Assembly (NCBI RefSeq): GCF_009914755.1
Contig: NC_060940.1
Length of the DNA stretch: 64,000 nt
Reading direction: 5' to 3' (one strand)
Origin: the human T2T-CHM13v2.0 reference genome, Homo sapiens
Numbering within the stretch: the stretch's first letter is position 1; every line of letters starts with the position of its first letter. A model generated the notes under the pieces. It worked only from the letters and a program-made list of their open reading frames with translations, ran no database searches and was not told the DNA's origin. Shown here piece after piece: positions 32,615 through 47,133 of this stretch. The position numbers and the translations under genes were made by a program.

Positions 32615-33411
32615 AGTGTGAGCTGCTGTAACAGAGCACCATAGACTGGGTGGCTTGAACAATAGACATTTATTTCTCACAGTTCTGGAATCTGGAATCA
32701 GAGATCAAGTGGCCAGCATGGTTGAGTTCTTTGTGAGGGTGCTCTTCCTGGCTTGCAGATAACCACATTCTTGCTGTATCCTTACATGGAGGAGTGGGGG
32801 AGAGGGAGATAGAGAGAGAGCGAGCGAGCTCTTTGGTATCTCTTCTTATAAGGGCACTAATCCCATCATGAGGGCCCTTATGACCCAATTACTTCCTAAG
32901 GCTCTGATATAGTTTGTATATTTGTCCCAGCCCCAATCTCGTGTTGAGTTGTAATCTCCAGTATTGGATGTGGGGCCTAGTGGGAGGTGATGGGATCATG
33001 GGGGTAGATTTCTCATGAATGGTTTGGCACTATCCCCTTGGTGTTGTCCTCATGATAGTGAGTGAGCTCTCATGAGATCTGGCTGTTTAAAAGCATGTAG
33101 CACCTCCTTCTCTCTCTCTTGCTCCTGCTCTGGCCAAATGACATGGCTGCTTCCTCTTTGCCTTCCACCATGACTGTAAGCTTCCTGAGGCCTCCCCAGA
33201 AGCTGAGCAGATGCCAGCATCATGCTTCCTGTACAGCTTGTAGAACTGTGAGCCAAGTAAACCTCTTTTCTTTCTAAATTACCCAGTCTTAGGTACTTCT
33301 TGATAGCAATTCAAAAACTGCCTAATATAGGCCCCATCTCCAAATATCATCACATTAGAATTAAGTTTTCAATATATGAATTTTGCGGTGACATAAACAT
33401 GTGGTTCATAA
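32615..33411 (-). mobile_element. MaLR MLT1A LTR split by an MSTB
   Basis: atagactgggtggcttgaacaatagacatttatttctcacagttctgg...tcttataagggcactaatcccatcatg; resumes ccccatctccaaatatcatcacatt. Confidence 0.85.
32905..33329 (+). mobile_element. MaLR MSTB solo LTR
   Basis: tgatatagtttg start; gaagctgagcagatgccagcatcatgcttcc; TSD ggctc/ggccc. Confidence 0.88.
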
Positions 33412-33464
33412 CAAGGATGTTCATAGAATACTTTATTTCCAAACTTTACCAGTTATCTGACTTT

Positions 33465-33581
33465 GGGCATGGAGTTTCACCATGTTTGGCAGGCTGGTCT
33501 TGAACTCCTGACCTCAGGTGATACACCCGCCTCAGCCTCCCGAAGTGCTGGGATTACACGTGTGAGCCACCACGGCTGGCC
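33465..33581 (-). mobile_element. Alu left-arm fragment
   Basis: tttcaccatgtttggcaggctggtcttgaactcctgacctcagg...ggcc. Confidence 0.85.
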
Positions 33582-34519
33582 AGAAGGTACTGTTTAGATA
33601 TTTTTTTTTTTTACTTATCTATTACAGGAGATATAGGGGCCTCAGATCCTGCAACCAGTGAGTTACTTCTGTATCTAGCATCTGTGTCTCCAGCTTTAAG
33701 TTGGGCCACTCTTAGAGGCAATGGTGGAGAACTGGCCATTTTCTTTTCCCATCTCTGTGAGTAAATAGAGGGGAAGCACAGGTGTGCTCTGGGTTTGCTT
33801 TTCCACCATCACATGGCTGGAATCTGCAGAAAGGCCTGGGGCTGCAATGTGCAGCTGGTGGTGGCAGTGAAAGCTTCTTTTGTGCTTGTTTTTCTGTGGC
33901 TAATTCTGGAAGCACAAAAGGCAGGAGACACTGGCAGATGGAGTGCGGTAGATGCCAATGGAGAGAAATACCTGGAGAAAAGCTCCATATAAGGAAATCC
34001 AGGTCTCTTTACCCAAAGCAAACACCATGGAATTACAAGGTCTTGGAGCTGCTGGAGAAATGAGGGACATTGGAAAAGCTGCACAGATAGGCCTGGAACA
34101 TCTGTTAAGCCCCCTTTGTTTCCTAGGCCATTTTGCTTTCCATAGCTCACAAAGCCCTATTTCAATATCCAAGGCTGGATCACCTCTATAGCACCTCTGA
34201 TGGCTGGTCATTCTTCCTTAACTTGATTGCCCTCAGGGATGGGGTACTCACTGCCTCACCTGGGTCAGGGGAGCCAAGACAATGCTCTCCTGCTTAAATA
34301 TCACCATGTGCAGAAATGACGCCTGCATTTTGATGAAGAGCATACAGAAAAGTGTGTGTCTTTTCCACTTACCTTTTTTAAATGCCAAGTTCCTATTAGA
34401 GGTGAGTGTGCAGATGGCAAGATTCGGATCTGTTTCGTTTGGCTGTGTTTCTTTCTTTCTTTTTAAAATTTTATCTATAGAAGTTTCTGCAGCAACTTTT
34501 ACATTTTTCTGGCATTCTT

Positions 34520-35070
34520 GGTTGTTATACCTTGGGTTTTCTCCTCACCGCTCCAATCAGGCTTCTGTGACTCCACTGAGACCTCACTTGTCAATGCCAC
34601 ATGGCCTCTATGTTGCCAACTTCAAGGGTCAGCATTGCTATTATTTTACTTTCATCTCAGCAGTAGTCATCACAATTGATCATTCCTGCCTTCTTAAAAC
34701 ACTTTCTTCTCAGAGGTTGGTCAATGGGAATAAACATACAGTTAGATATAAGGAATAAGTTCTAATATTTGATTGCAGAGTAGGGTGACGATAGTTAACA
34801 ATGTCTTGTAGGTTTCAAAATAGCTAGAAGAGAGGACTCGCAATGTTCCTAACACATAGAAATGATAAATACTCAAGGTGGTGGACAAACCAAATACCCT
34901 GACTTGATCATTACGTGCTATGCATGTAATAAAATGTCACATGCACCCCATAAATATGTACAAATACTATATATGAATTTAAAAAACCCACTTTCTTCTC
35001 TTGTTGTTGGTGTCCACTCACTCTCTTGGCTTTCCTCCTGTTCACTGGCAGCTCCTTTGTAATTTACTTT
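34520..35070 (+). mobile_element. L2 fragment split by an L1MA
   Basis: tcatctcagcagtagtcatcacaattgatcattcctgccttcttaaaacactttcttct; resumes after 35000. Confidence 0.7.
34712..34988 (+). mobile_element. L1MA 3' end
   Basis: cagttagatataaggaataagttcta...aaataccctgacttgatcattac; TSD cactttcttctc at 34700-34711 and 34989-35000. Confidence 0.88.
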
Positions 35071-35299
35071 GCTCCCTTCTCCTCCTGCATTTCTTTGCTG
35101 TGCTCTGCCCCCGACATATTATCAGTCTTTTCTTCATTGATCCCTGGTTTCTCTAGGTGGAGAGTGGCACTTAGTGACCACAGTCTGAGTGCTGGGGGTG
35201 CTTGTTGTTTCTTGGATGGACATTGTTTCTCATCTTTTTATTGGCTAGAACCAGTAACTCAAAACATTTTCTTTTTGTTTTTTTTTTTTTTTTGTAGCT

Positions 35300-36720
35300 A
35301 AAATACAACTTGATTTGATACTGAGATTTCCAATTCAAATTCAGCACTAGTAGGTTTTTACTTAGTGTCTTCAATTTTATATCAGCATCTTCTTTCTTCT
35401 ATACTAAAATTCCTGTTTCCTTCCAAAACCAACATATTCACTCATTTTCTTCATCTCATAATGCATACAGAATGTTTGCAGGAAAACAATAGCAACATAT
35501 CATGTCATATCGATGATGTGATTAATGAAAACAATGTAAGATATTTTGCAGTCTTTTTTTGGTTTTGAACGCATATCTTACTAGGGATTTACAGTCAAAT
35601 ATTATGTTTAAAGTCACTGGAATAGTTAATTTTTAGGAATTGATATAAAAATTATAATGTTTAAAAATCAAATTTACACAATCTATTTAGTGAAATTTAG
35701 TTTCTGTGTCTCCCCCCTTCAACAATTTTCTCTATCCCTCTGTAGGTAACCATTTTTAAAATTTTTGATTTATTCTTTCCATGAAAACATGTGTTCATAT
35801 CCCACCTCTTTCTTAGGTAAATGTCAGCATAATATACATATTTTTTCTCTACTTTGCATTTTTATTTAATAATATATCCTGGAGATCACTCCATAGCACT
35901 AAGTAGAGACATTCCACATTCCTTTAACACTAGGAAGTGGATGGTATTGTGTCAATGTACAGGATTAATTTAACCAGGCAACTGTATAGGTGATTCCCAG
36001 TCTTTGCCATCACAAATGATGCTGCAAAGAATAGAGTCATCCCCCTACAGTCTTTTTTTTTTTTTTTTTGGTCTTTTCGGTAGTGTATTTTTTGAATAGT
36101 CTTTTTGGGAGTAGGATTACTATATTTTGCAGGTTTGTCCACACAACCTTATGTCGAGATTTGATCCTCAAAGTTGGAGATGGAGTCTAATGGGAGGTGT
36201 TTGTGTCATGGGAGTGGATTCCTCACAAATAGATTAATGCCCACTCTTGGTGAAGAGTGGTGAGTGAGTTTTTATTAGTTCCTGTGAGAGCTGGTTGGTT
36301 AGAAGACCCTGGCACCCCCATCTCTGTCTTGCCTCTTCTCTTGCCATGTAATCTCTGCACACACCAACTCCCTTCACGTTCTGCCATATGTGGAAGCAGC
36401 CTGAGGCTCTCACCAGGAGCAGATGCTGGCGCCATGCTTCTTGTACAACCTGCGGAACTGTGAGCCAAATAAACCTCTTTTCTTTATAAATTAATCAGCC
36501 CCAGGCATTCCTTTGTAGCAACACAAAAGGACTAAGACAGGGATTGATGAGTCAGTGGCCAAATGCATATGTAAATTTCCTATATATTGCCAAATTCCCC
36601 CTTATGGGAATGGTACAATTTTACATTCCCACCAATAATAGCTGAGAAGGCCTGTTTCCTCCTGACCTACAACAATAGGTTGTGAAACTTTGGGGTGTTT
36701 GCCAACTGAATAGGGGCAGA
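35300..36720 (-). mobile_element. old L1M fragments (split by an MST LTR)
   Basis: AT-rich antisense L1: ccagtctttgccatcacaaatgatgctgc; tacaattttacattcccaccaa. Confidence 0.6.
36118..36539 (+). mobile_element. MaLR MSTD-like solo LTR
   Basis: gcctgaggctctcaccaggagcagatgctggcgccatgc...aataaacctcttttctttataaatt...ggactaagaca. Confidence 0.8.
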
Positions 36721-36739
36721 GTTCCCTTAACTAGCCTTT

Positions 36740-37610
36740 GCTCCTGCCTGACACTCTGTTCTGTCCATGGCAGGCAGAGAACTCTTTGGTAATATCAACA
36801 AGATCATAGCATTCTCTTGTCTAAAACCCTGATTGCTTCCAATGTGAAAATCCAGCCCTCTCACTCTGGCATTAAGACCCTACAACATCTAGCTCCTTCC
36901 TACTTCTTTGACCTCATCTAGTTTCTCTCCCCTTGGTCCACTCTGTGCTGGCCATGCTGGCCTTCCATCTGCTGCTTTCATCACTGGAGTCATCCCCTCT
37001 TTAGGCCTTGCCATTTGCTTTTCTTTCTGCTTAGAACGATTCCCTATCTTTACACGGCTGGGACTTTTCATACTTATATACCAGCTTTTCTTTCCCGACT
37101 GAGAACCCTTTCCCAACCAAGCATCTCGGTCATTCTTTACCACTTCATCCTATTTTTCTGGACTGATTTTTTTTGTTTTTCACACGAAGTCTCTCTTTGT
37201 CTCCCAGGCTGGAGTGCACTGGCATGATCTCGGTTCACTACAACCTCCACCTCCCGGGTTCGAGTGATTCTTCTACCTCAGTCCCCTGAATAGCTGGGAT
37301 TACAAGTGCACATCACCATACCCGGCTAATTTTTGTATTTTCAGTGGAGACAGGGTTTTCCCATGTTGGCCAGGCTGGTCTTGAACTCCTGACCTCAGGC
37401 GTTCTACCTGCCTTGGCCTTCCAAACTGCTGGGATTACAGGCATGAGCCACTGTGCTCAGCCCTGGACTGAAATTTTTTTTTTGATATTGATCGATTGTA
37501 AGCGCCTTGAAAGCACAGCCCTTCCCTGCCTTTTCATCCTTGACTTTGCAGTGCCTGACATATAGTAGGGGATGAATACATATTTATTTAATGATTGAAT
37601 GAATGAATAG
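36740..37610 (+). mobile_element. L2 3' region split by an Alu
   Basis: ends cagtgcctgacatatagtagg...tgaatgaatgaa. Confidence 0.7.
37167..37463 (-). mobile_element. AluS
   Basis: reverse-complement dimeric Alu. Confidence 0.93.
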
Positions 37611-37699
37611 CAAATATTTTCCCTGTGAAATGATCCTCATACTCATTCTCAATTTTCTGCAATGGAGGGAAGCTCCTTCAAGACATGACTACTTTCTTT

Positions 37700-38010
37700 T
37701 TCTTTTGTATTTTTAAATCACCTCCTTCTTTGACATATGAAAAGCATATTTAATGTATGCAACTTGATGAATTTAGAGATCAGTACTCACCCATGGAGTC
37801 ATGACAGCCATCCATGTAATAAACATTTTCATCACCTCCAAAGGTTTTCTCCTTTCTTATTTATGGCAAGAACACATACCCTCAGATCTGTCCTCTTATT
37901 AAATACACAATACAGTATTATTAAATCCTCTTCAAATACACAACACAGTATTGTTAGCTGCAGGCACTAGGCTGAACTCTAGGGCTTATTTATCTTGTAT
38001 AACTCAAGCC
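37700..38010 (-). mobile_element. L1MA/MB 3' fragment
   Basis: atatttaatgtatgcaacttgatg...catcacctccaaagg...cttatttatcttgtataact. Confidence 0.65.
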
Positions 38011-38079
38011 CTGCAGGACAGGACTGCCTTTCATCTCTGTACATTCAGCCTCTCATCACTCTGCGCATAAAAGGACTCA

Positions 38080-38255
38080 TGGAGGCAAGTCCAGGTTTTT
38101 GTGGAGCCTGAGGCTTATACAATTTAGGGGGGTCTTCCTTAAGGAAAATAATTCAGAGTTACAAATATCAAATTAGGTAGAAGGCCTTGGAAGAAACCTA
38201 TTTCCATGAGGGTCCCTGGAGCTGAAGCTTCATTAGCGTGGGGGAACATCCATCT
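38080..38255. mobile_element. hAT MER53-like
   Basis: ccaggtttttgtggagcctgaggcttatacaattt...aagcttcattagc. Confidence 0.7.
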
Positions 38256-38308
38256 CTAGGGCTCATTAAATGTCTATAGAACAAATGAACGAGTTAAAGG
38301 TAGACTTT

Positions 38309-38716
<408 letters not shown>

Positions 38717-39067
38717 TAGGATATTTTTTATCATCTCAATTTAAGGCAGCTTCAACCTTAGGTTTGTCTCTAATAGGAAAGAAAATAATCCGGTATTGTG
38801 GCATTTCATGGAGGTCACTTTATCAGACAGCAGCTGTGCTGGCCTTTCTGCTCCGAATTCTCCTTTCTTTGCTAACTGTACATCCATTTCCTGTAGGGGA
38901 ATCATCCTCTGCCTCTTTTAATTCTTGTGACTCACGTGGGGCAGAACCAGGCTTCAGGCGAGGGCATGCACCTGTCAATTCCTACTTCTGGTAATTCAAT
39001 TAACAGTCACCTTCATGTACCACTACTACTGTGTGCTAGTCACTATTGCAATCATTTTATAGATGCA

Positions 39068-39364
<297 letters not shown>

Positions 39365-39526
39365 CATAAATGCATATTAATCCGTTTAATCCTCATCCCA
39401 ATCCTTTGAGGGAAATCTAATTCTTACATCTATTTTATAGATGGAACAATGGAGGAAGGGTTAAGGTTACTGTCCAGAGTCACCAGCAGGTGAGTGATGG
39501 AGCAGGGATTTGAAGTCACATAGTAT

Positions 39527-40193
39527 TGTGGCAAGCCAGGTCTCCCTAACAGCTGAACTGGTAGGCCTCCATAACAACTGTTTCAGCACTGACTGAGTGG
39601 TGAAGTTAAATATTAAGAGCTGAGAGGGCCAGTGCCCTTATACAAAGGCTGGAATGTAACAAAAGCCCCCCAAGAGTTTTGCCTAGGCCTTTCCTGGGCC
39701 TTGAAACATGACAAGATAACGAAGGAATTCTTAACAGGACCCATTTGGGATTAAACAAGTTTATTGGGAGGTCTGAAGAAACTCCCCAGGCTTCGACAAA
39801 CAAGTTTATTGGGGTTCTGAAGGGACTCCCCAAACCTTCATGATTTAGCAGAAGACAAGATAAGGGTAATCTCCCCAGCACCTGGACCCATTTAGATTAA
39901 GTAAATTTAATGAGACTCCAGAGGAAGTTCTTCAGGACTTAGCTCTTAGTTACAGATGAGAAGTTAATCACTTATGTCTTCAGATGAATGCACGCTTACA
40001 CGTAGACATATAGCTTAGAAGGTATATGAGCTCTGGAAAACTTTGTAATTTTGAGTTGGTCTGGTGTTATTTTCCAGGCCTTCTCCCTGTACCTGGTTAC
40101 AGAAATAAAAACTGTCTTCCTCCCCAGTTCATCTGTATCTGGTTATTGGGCGGTGAGAGTAAGCAGCCTGACCCTCGGTTTGGTCCAGGAACA
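39527..40193 (+). mobile_element. ERV1 solo LTR (LTR26-like)
   Basis: TG...CA ends, 4-bp TSD gtat at 39523-39526 and 40194-40197, aataaa near 40105. Confidence 0.85.
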
Positions 40194-40689
40194 GTATGGC
40201 CTTTGTTGGGTTGCATCTCAATTAGTTCTGGCAAGAGAGAAGAGAGCTAAACCAGGCCCACAATTCTTAATTCCAAGTCTTTAAACTCTCAGGGAGGATT
40301 TCTCTTTCCAGAGAAACTGCTGGCAGTTCCAGTGATGAAAGCTGCAGGCTTCCAAGGCCACAATGAGGAGCTTGGGATGGTTATCATCCAGAGGAGGGAT
40401 GGCAACAGAAATCAAACTCTCATGATGCTCTTGGCACCTCTGTTCTCAGCTCAGGTGTTAAGATCTGCCGCTGGGCCTCCCACACATGGGAGTGGAAAAG
40501 TGCCCTTTGTTACCCAAGGGAGCTTGAGTTGGGTTTTCCATTCTTTGCATCTAGAAGAAATGCATGTTGGTTTTTGACCTTGATGACTTTTCACGGAAGG
40601 ACTTGAGAAAGAGCTCCTTTTGGCATTCTGGAAAAAAGTGATGCTCCTGGACTCTCTGATACCATGTTTCTGAGGGCACTGTAGTTGGT

Positions 40690-40870
40690 GCATGAAAGAG
40701 TGTGGATGTTGGAGGCAGACAGTTATGGGTTTGATTTTCAGTTAGGTGACCCTGGGCGAGTCACTTAAGCTCTCTGAATCCTGGAGAAATGGCAAAACTG
40801 TCTTTATGGATGGTGGGTGAGGATTTGATAACACATACAAAAGCTCCTTGAGCATAGTAGGGGCGTCATT
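40690..40870 (+). mobile_element. MIR
   Basis: ggtgaccctgggcgagtcacttaagctctctg. Confidence 0.65.
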
Positions 40871-41210
40871 CTTGAATTCCTCCATGGTCTCCATCCCCAG
40901 GGGCTCTGTCTGCTTTATTTGCTGTATTAACTGAAGTTCTACAGAGAAACAGAACCAATAGTGGGGTGTATGTGTGTGTGTGTGTGTGTGCGTGCACACG
41001 TGTGTATTTTAAGGCATTGGCTCATATGATTGTAGGGGTTGGAAAGTCTGAAGTCTGTAAGGCAGGCTGACAGGCTAGAAGTTCAGGTAAGAGTTGATGT
41101 TGCAGTCTTGAATCTGAAATTCATGGCACAAGTCAGGCGGGCTGGAAATGCAGGCAGTTTATCTATGTTGCTCCTTCCTCCTCTCCTTCTCCTTCTCTTT
41201 TCCTTTCCTC

Positions 41211-41506
41211 TTTTCTTTTCTTTTGAGATGGAGTTTTGCCCTGTCACCCAGGCTGGAGTTCAGTGGCATGATCTCAGTTCACTGCAACCTCTGCCTCCTG
41301 GATTAGAGTGATTCTCCTGCCTCACCCTTCTGAGTAGCTTGGATTAGAGGTGCCCCCCACCACGCCCAGCTAATTTTTGTATTTTTTGTAGAGACGGGGT
41401 TTTGTCATGTTGCCCAGGCTGGTCTTGAACTCCTGGCCTCAAGTGATGCACCCGCTTTGGCCTCCCAAAGTGCTGGGATTAGAGGCATGAGCCAGCGTGC
41501 CCGGCC
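41211..41506 (-). mobile_element. AluS
   Basis: reverse-complement dimeric Alu. Confidence 0.93.
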
Positions 41507-41550
41507 CTGTGTTGCAGTGTTTATTTTTCTTGGGGAAACTTCAGTTTTGC

Positions 41551-41689
41551 TTTTTTTTTTTTTTTTTTTGTAGAGACTGGGTCTCACTATGTTGCCCAGG
41601 CTGGTCTTGAACTCCTGGCCTCAAGCCATTCTCTTGTTTAGGCCATCCAAAGTGGTTGGATTACAGGCATGAGCCACCGTGCCCAGCCC
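41551..41689 (-). mobile_element. FLAM/Alu left monomer
   Basis: poly-T then monomer; flanked by cagttttgct/caatttttgct. Confidence 0.88.
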
Positions 41690-42479
41690 AATTTTTGCTC
41701 TTAAGGCCTTCAGACAATTCGATGAGTTCCATTCAGTTATGAAGGGTAAAATTGGCTGGTTGTGGATCTTACTCACATCCCCCAAAAAGCTTCACAGCTA
41801 CATGCAGACTCGTGTTTGACCAAAACAACTGGGCACCACAGCCTGGCCGAGCTGACATATAAAATTAACCAGAGTCTCCATGGACCTCAGTTTCTCCATC
41901 TGCCAAGTGGACAGGACTGGCCTTGATCTTTAAGCTTCTCCTGTATGAAATGGGGATAATAAACCAGGAGGGAGCTGGGGGGTGAGTGAGGAAGAGCCCA
42001 AGTGTAGGATGAACATAATTTCTAGACAGGGCGTTCTCACTATTATTCCTGAAAATTGTGGTCTTCTGTTCCCTGAATTCCTGGGTCATCACAGGGAGGA
42101 GAATATAACACCAGGGCTTGAAGGTGGTGGTTGGCCTGTACCAGAGCTATTTATAGGACTTTTTCTAGCTCTTCCACAAAGTCAGTTTTAGCCCCAGAAG
42201 GGAGAAAGCACAGCCCTCCTCTGTTGTTACTCTGAGCACATAAACAGTCAGTCTCTCATAATCCTATGGAGACACCCCATTTCTAGTCTTGGGTGCCCAA
42301 ATTAGAGGAAGAGGAGAAGGAGGTAAAGGAGGAGGAGGAGATAGATGATTGCCTATTTTGTGAAAAAGGACACATACACAGGCACACATCTTTGCAAAGT
42401 AGAGAAATGATTGTTGGGACTATCAGGAACACATATCAAAGGGAAATGAAAAAAAAAATCTTCCTTTGAAAGATCTGGG

Positions 42480-42670
42480 CTTAGTGTAATGGAGTCAGAC
42501 AGAGCAGGGTTTGCATCCTGGTTCTGACGTTTCCTTGCTGTGTGACTTGGGCACGTCAAGGAACCTCTCTGACCCTCAGTCTCTTCATCTGTGAAAGAGA
42601 AGACATGGTAATAAAACTTGCTTTATAGGGATGTGGTGAGGATGACACCAGATAAAATGTATGCAGGGCC
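42480..42670 (+). mobile_element. MIR
   Basis: ggagtcagacagagcagggtttgcatcctgg...gctgtgtgacttgggc...cctcagtctcttcatctgtgaaa. Confidence 0.85.
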
Positions 42671-42766
42671 TTTCATTTCCTTCTGTCTCCATATAACCTG
42701 GCAGGCAAGGGCTCCTGGATCAGCAGATCAAAGGGGTGGCTCCAGGTTGGACTTGGTCACGGCCAC

Positions 42767-43127
42767 TGATATGGTTTGGCTGTGTCCCCACCCAAATCTC
42801 ATTTTGAATTGTAGCTCCCATAATTCCCACATGTTGGTTGGGGGAACCTGGTCGGGGATAATTGAGTGATGGGAGTTGTTTCTCCCATACTGTTCTCATG
42901 GTAGTGAGTAAGTCTCATGAGATCTGATGGTTTTATAAGGGGAAACCCCTTTCATTTGGCTCTCATTCTCTCTTGTCTGCTGCCATGTGAGTTGTGCCTT
43001 TTACCTTCTGCCATGATTGTGAGGTCTCCCCAGTCCTGTGGAAATGAGTCCATTAAATCTCTTTTTCTTTATAAATTACCCAGTCTCAGGTATGTCTTTA
43101 TCAGCAGTGTGAAAATGGACTAATACA
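42767..43127 (+). mobile_element. MaLR THE1 solo LTR
   Basis: tgatatggtttggctgtgtccccacccaaatctc...ggactaataca; TSD gccac at 42762-42766 and 43128-43132. Confidence 0.93.
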
Positions 43128-43659
43128 GCCACTGAATGCTGGATCCCTGGTCCCACCCAGTACAGCTGCTGGTCACTCTGTGGTGAAGTTCAGCTCTCCA
43201 ACATCCTGGGTCTCGGTGTTTATGTTTATTTTTAGCAGGAGACTGTTATAATAAAGGAAGGGGAGAGCTATTAATGAACATATTATTCAATAATAGAAGA
43301 TAATAAGCAGTTGCTCTAATTGTATTATGAGCCTGTCACTTGAAGTTCATACTGTGATTCAAGCTCACTGTTTGAAGTATTCTTAAGTGGGAGCCCAGAT
43401 TTTCAAGTACAATTAAAAAAAAAGAACAATTGCCTAAAAGTGGTAAAATTAACATCCCTTCCTTCTTGGCTCTCTAAAGAGCTTTCTGATGATATATCTT
43501 TCCTAGTTTTCATTGAGGCAATTGGGGTTAGGGGAATGAGACCGTTCCCACCCAAGTAATGAAAAGCTTCCACAAATTAATTCTTAGTATTTGACAAGGC
43601 CAGATGGTGAGCAGGAACGTTTCTTGAATGCATTCAAAGCCACAAGATGTGTTTACCTT

Positions 43660-43790
43660 TATCCTGTCTGATCCTCTCAGTGACCCTGTGAGGCAGACAT
43701 TATTATGCTCATTTTGCAGATGGAGTTCACTGAGACCCAGAGAGGTGAAGTGACTTGCCCTAAGGGGGCAGAGCAAGTGCAGGGAGTTGC
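43660..43790 (-). mobile_element. MIR
   Basis: cattttgcagatgg...actgagacccagagaggtgaagtgacttgccc. Confidence 0.8.
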
Positions 43791-43835
43791 CTTAACCCTG
43801 ACTCTAACCTGCCTGCTGAGGACCAGGCTAGGTGA

Positions 43836-44243
<408 letters not shown>

Positions 44244-44624
44244 TAATGGCCCTAGGGCACAGTGTGATGGGCTTAGATGTGGAGTCCATACAGCAGGCTT
44301 CTGAGCCCTGACTCCATCTTGCCTTGTTCCTCTCTGTTTCTCAGCCTATTTCCACTTGTATGGAGCAAGTGGGCTAGAAATCAGGGTTTCCAAAGGGTGT
44401 TGGCATCCCATTAGTGGGGTGTTAGCTGCTTCTACTTGGTAAATAGTTACACACTTATGTTTACAGTTACCTTCTATTTATGATTAACAGGACTGGCTTT
44501 CCAATTAGGGTAGTGATGTACCATTTAATTTTACAATAGATGCATTTAAGCCTTTTAAGATTGTGTAGATCTAGAAAATATTTAAATAGATACTAGAGGT
44601 AGTGGCAGATATAATAAGAGCAAA

Positions 44625-44845
44625 GGTTTATTGAGTCCTTTCCCTGGGCTAGGCATGATTTTAAGCATTTTCTATTTATTAACTCATTAAATTCTCATAG
44701 TCATTGCAGTTAGTTCCATTATTAGCCCCATTTTACACTTGAGCAAAAGGAGGTGGAGAAACTTCAGTATCTTTCCCAGCCTGCGTGACTGACTGGTGGA
44801 GCGAGATTTGAACCGAGACCCCTGACTCCAGAATCCGTGCTCCTA
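44625..44845 (-). mobile_element. MIR
   Basis: tttattgagtcc...ccccattttacacttgag...gatttgaaccgagaccctgactccagaatcc. Confidence 0.8.
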
Positions 44846-44907
44846 AGTGGTTAGGCATGTGGGGTATGAACAAGTGGTATTTGGGGACTGCTGACCTTGG
44901 TGGTGTC

Positions 44908-45021
44908 TAGGTTGACCAACTAGTCCTGCTTTGCCTAGGACTTTCTTGGTTTTACACCTGAAAGTCCTGACCCCAGGGAAACCCCTCAGTCCCAGGCACA
45001 CTTGGAGAATGGGTCACTCTA
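44908..45021. mobile_element. hAT-Blackjack MER81-like MITE
   Basis: terminal inverted repeats taggttgacc/ggtcactcta; ctgaaagtcc...gggaaacccctcagtccc. Confidence 0.75.
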
Positions 45022-45491
45022 GCTGTGTCTTCCTCAGTCTCTTCTGAGATTGTAGCACCGTGCATGCTGGTGACAGGAGCCAAGCATATTTAACCAACCC
45101 AAACATGCCAGATCTGTAGGGATTGTGAGAAGTAAATATACACATATCTTAACTACATACATAACATCCAGAAACTCTGGCTTAAAAATAACAGAGTAAA
45201 GTGCCTGATCGCTATGTACGTAACCAACAGTGACACCTTCCCTATCGGTATAAATAACAAAGTGAAAATATCCCATGTCTCTGTCTATAGCAGAATAACA
45301 GTGTCATGTACAGAAATACTAAATCCTGGCACACTGGCATATATCACTTGGAATAAAAGAGACCCTACTGGCACATCTGAAATAACTGAAATAACAGTGA
45401 TGTTAATAAGAGTAGTGATGATGGACGGCCTGTGTTCAGCACCCACTTGGTCCCAGCACAGCGCTAAGTACTTTATGTGTATTGTATTATC

Positions 45492-45710
45492 TTTTTGTTT
45501 TGTTTTGTTTTGTTTTTGAGACAGGGTCTTGCTCTGTCGCCCAGGCTGGAGTGCAGAGACACAATCACAGCTCACTGCAGCCTCAACCTTCTGGGCTCAG
45601 GTGATCCTCCCACCTCAGCCTCCCAAGTACCTACAATGACAGGTGTGCACCACCACACCTGGCAAATTTTTTTATATTTTTAGTAGAGACAGGATCTCAC
45701 TATGTTGCCC
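45492..45710 (-). mobile_element. AluJ, truncated in the left arm
   Basis: stops at ctatgttgccca, where the next Alu tail begins. Confidence 0.9.
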
Positions 45711-45711
45711 A

Positions 45712-46165
<454 letters not shown>

Positions 46166-46167
46166 AA

Positions 46168-46168
<1 letters not shown>

Positions 46169-46220
<52 letters not shown>
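46169..46220. repeat. (TATC)13 tetranucleotide STR
   Basis: read directly. Confidence 0.97.
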
Positions 46221-46221
<1 letters not shown>

Positions 46222-46224
46222 GTC

Positions 46225-46285
46225 TCTCATATGCCCATAAATATATACACCTACTATATACCCACAAAAATTAAAAATAAAAAAT
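46225..46285 (+). mobile_element. L1MA 3' terminus
   Basis: cccataaatatatacacctactatatacccacaaaaattaaaaataaa. Confidence 0.8.
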
Positions 46286-46528
46286 TTTTTTTAGAAGTGT
46301 TCTGCTGTGTGACCTTAGGCTGATTATTTCATTTCTCTGAGCCTCAGAGCACCCATCTTTCCAAAACACACAATGTTATCAATCATGATTTTATTCCTGA
46401 GGCCCATTTTATAACATAAAAAGCAGGAACACAAAAGAAAGCAGACCAACAACATTGCCTTCCTTCTCTGGTGACTCACCCGGGGCCAGAGAAGTCAGCC
46501 TGCATTCTATCTTCAAGGAGTCCTTTGA

Positions 46529-47000
<472 letters not shown>

Positions 47001-47133
47001 ATGGTTTGGCTTTTTTAACTTGGGAGTCTTATTTGCAGTGAGAATGGACCTGAAGGCATGTGGGTGTGTGGGGTCTTCATTCCAGGTGATGTGAGGTGTT
47101 CTTTTGTCCTCAGCAGCTCATGTGAGGAGCCTT

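Larger units (their letters stand above)
40923..41870 (-). mobile_element. ERVL MLT2 LTR with internal (TG)n, split by two Alus
   Basis: agagaaacagaaccaatag...ttggctcatatgattgt...gtgtttgaccaaaacaactgggcacc...aaaattaacca. Confidence 0.85.

Noticed and set aside
39700-39900. Internal ~45-bp direct repeats (aaacaagtttattggg...ctcccc)
   Set aside because: Inside the ERV1 LTR and likely part of its native U3 repeat structure, not a separate array.
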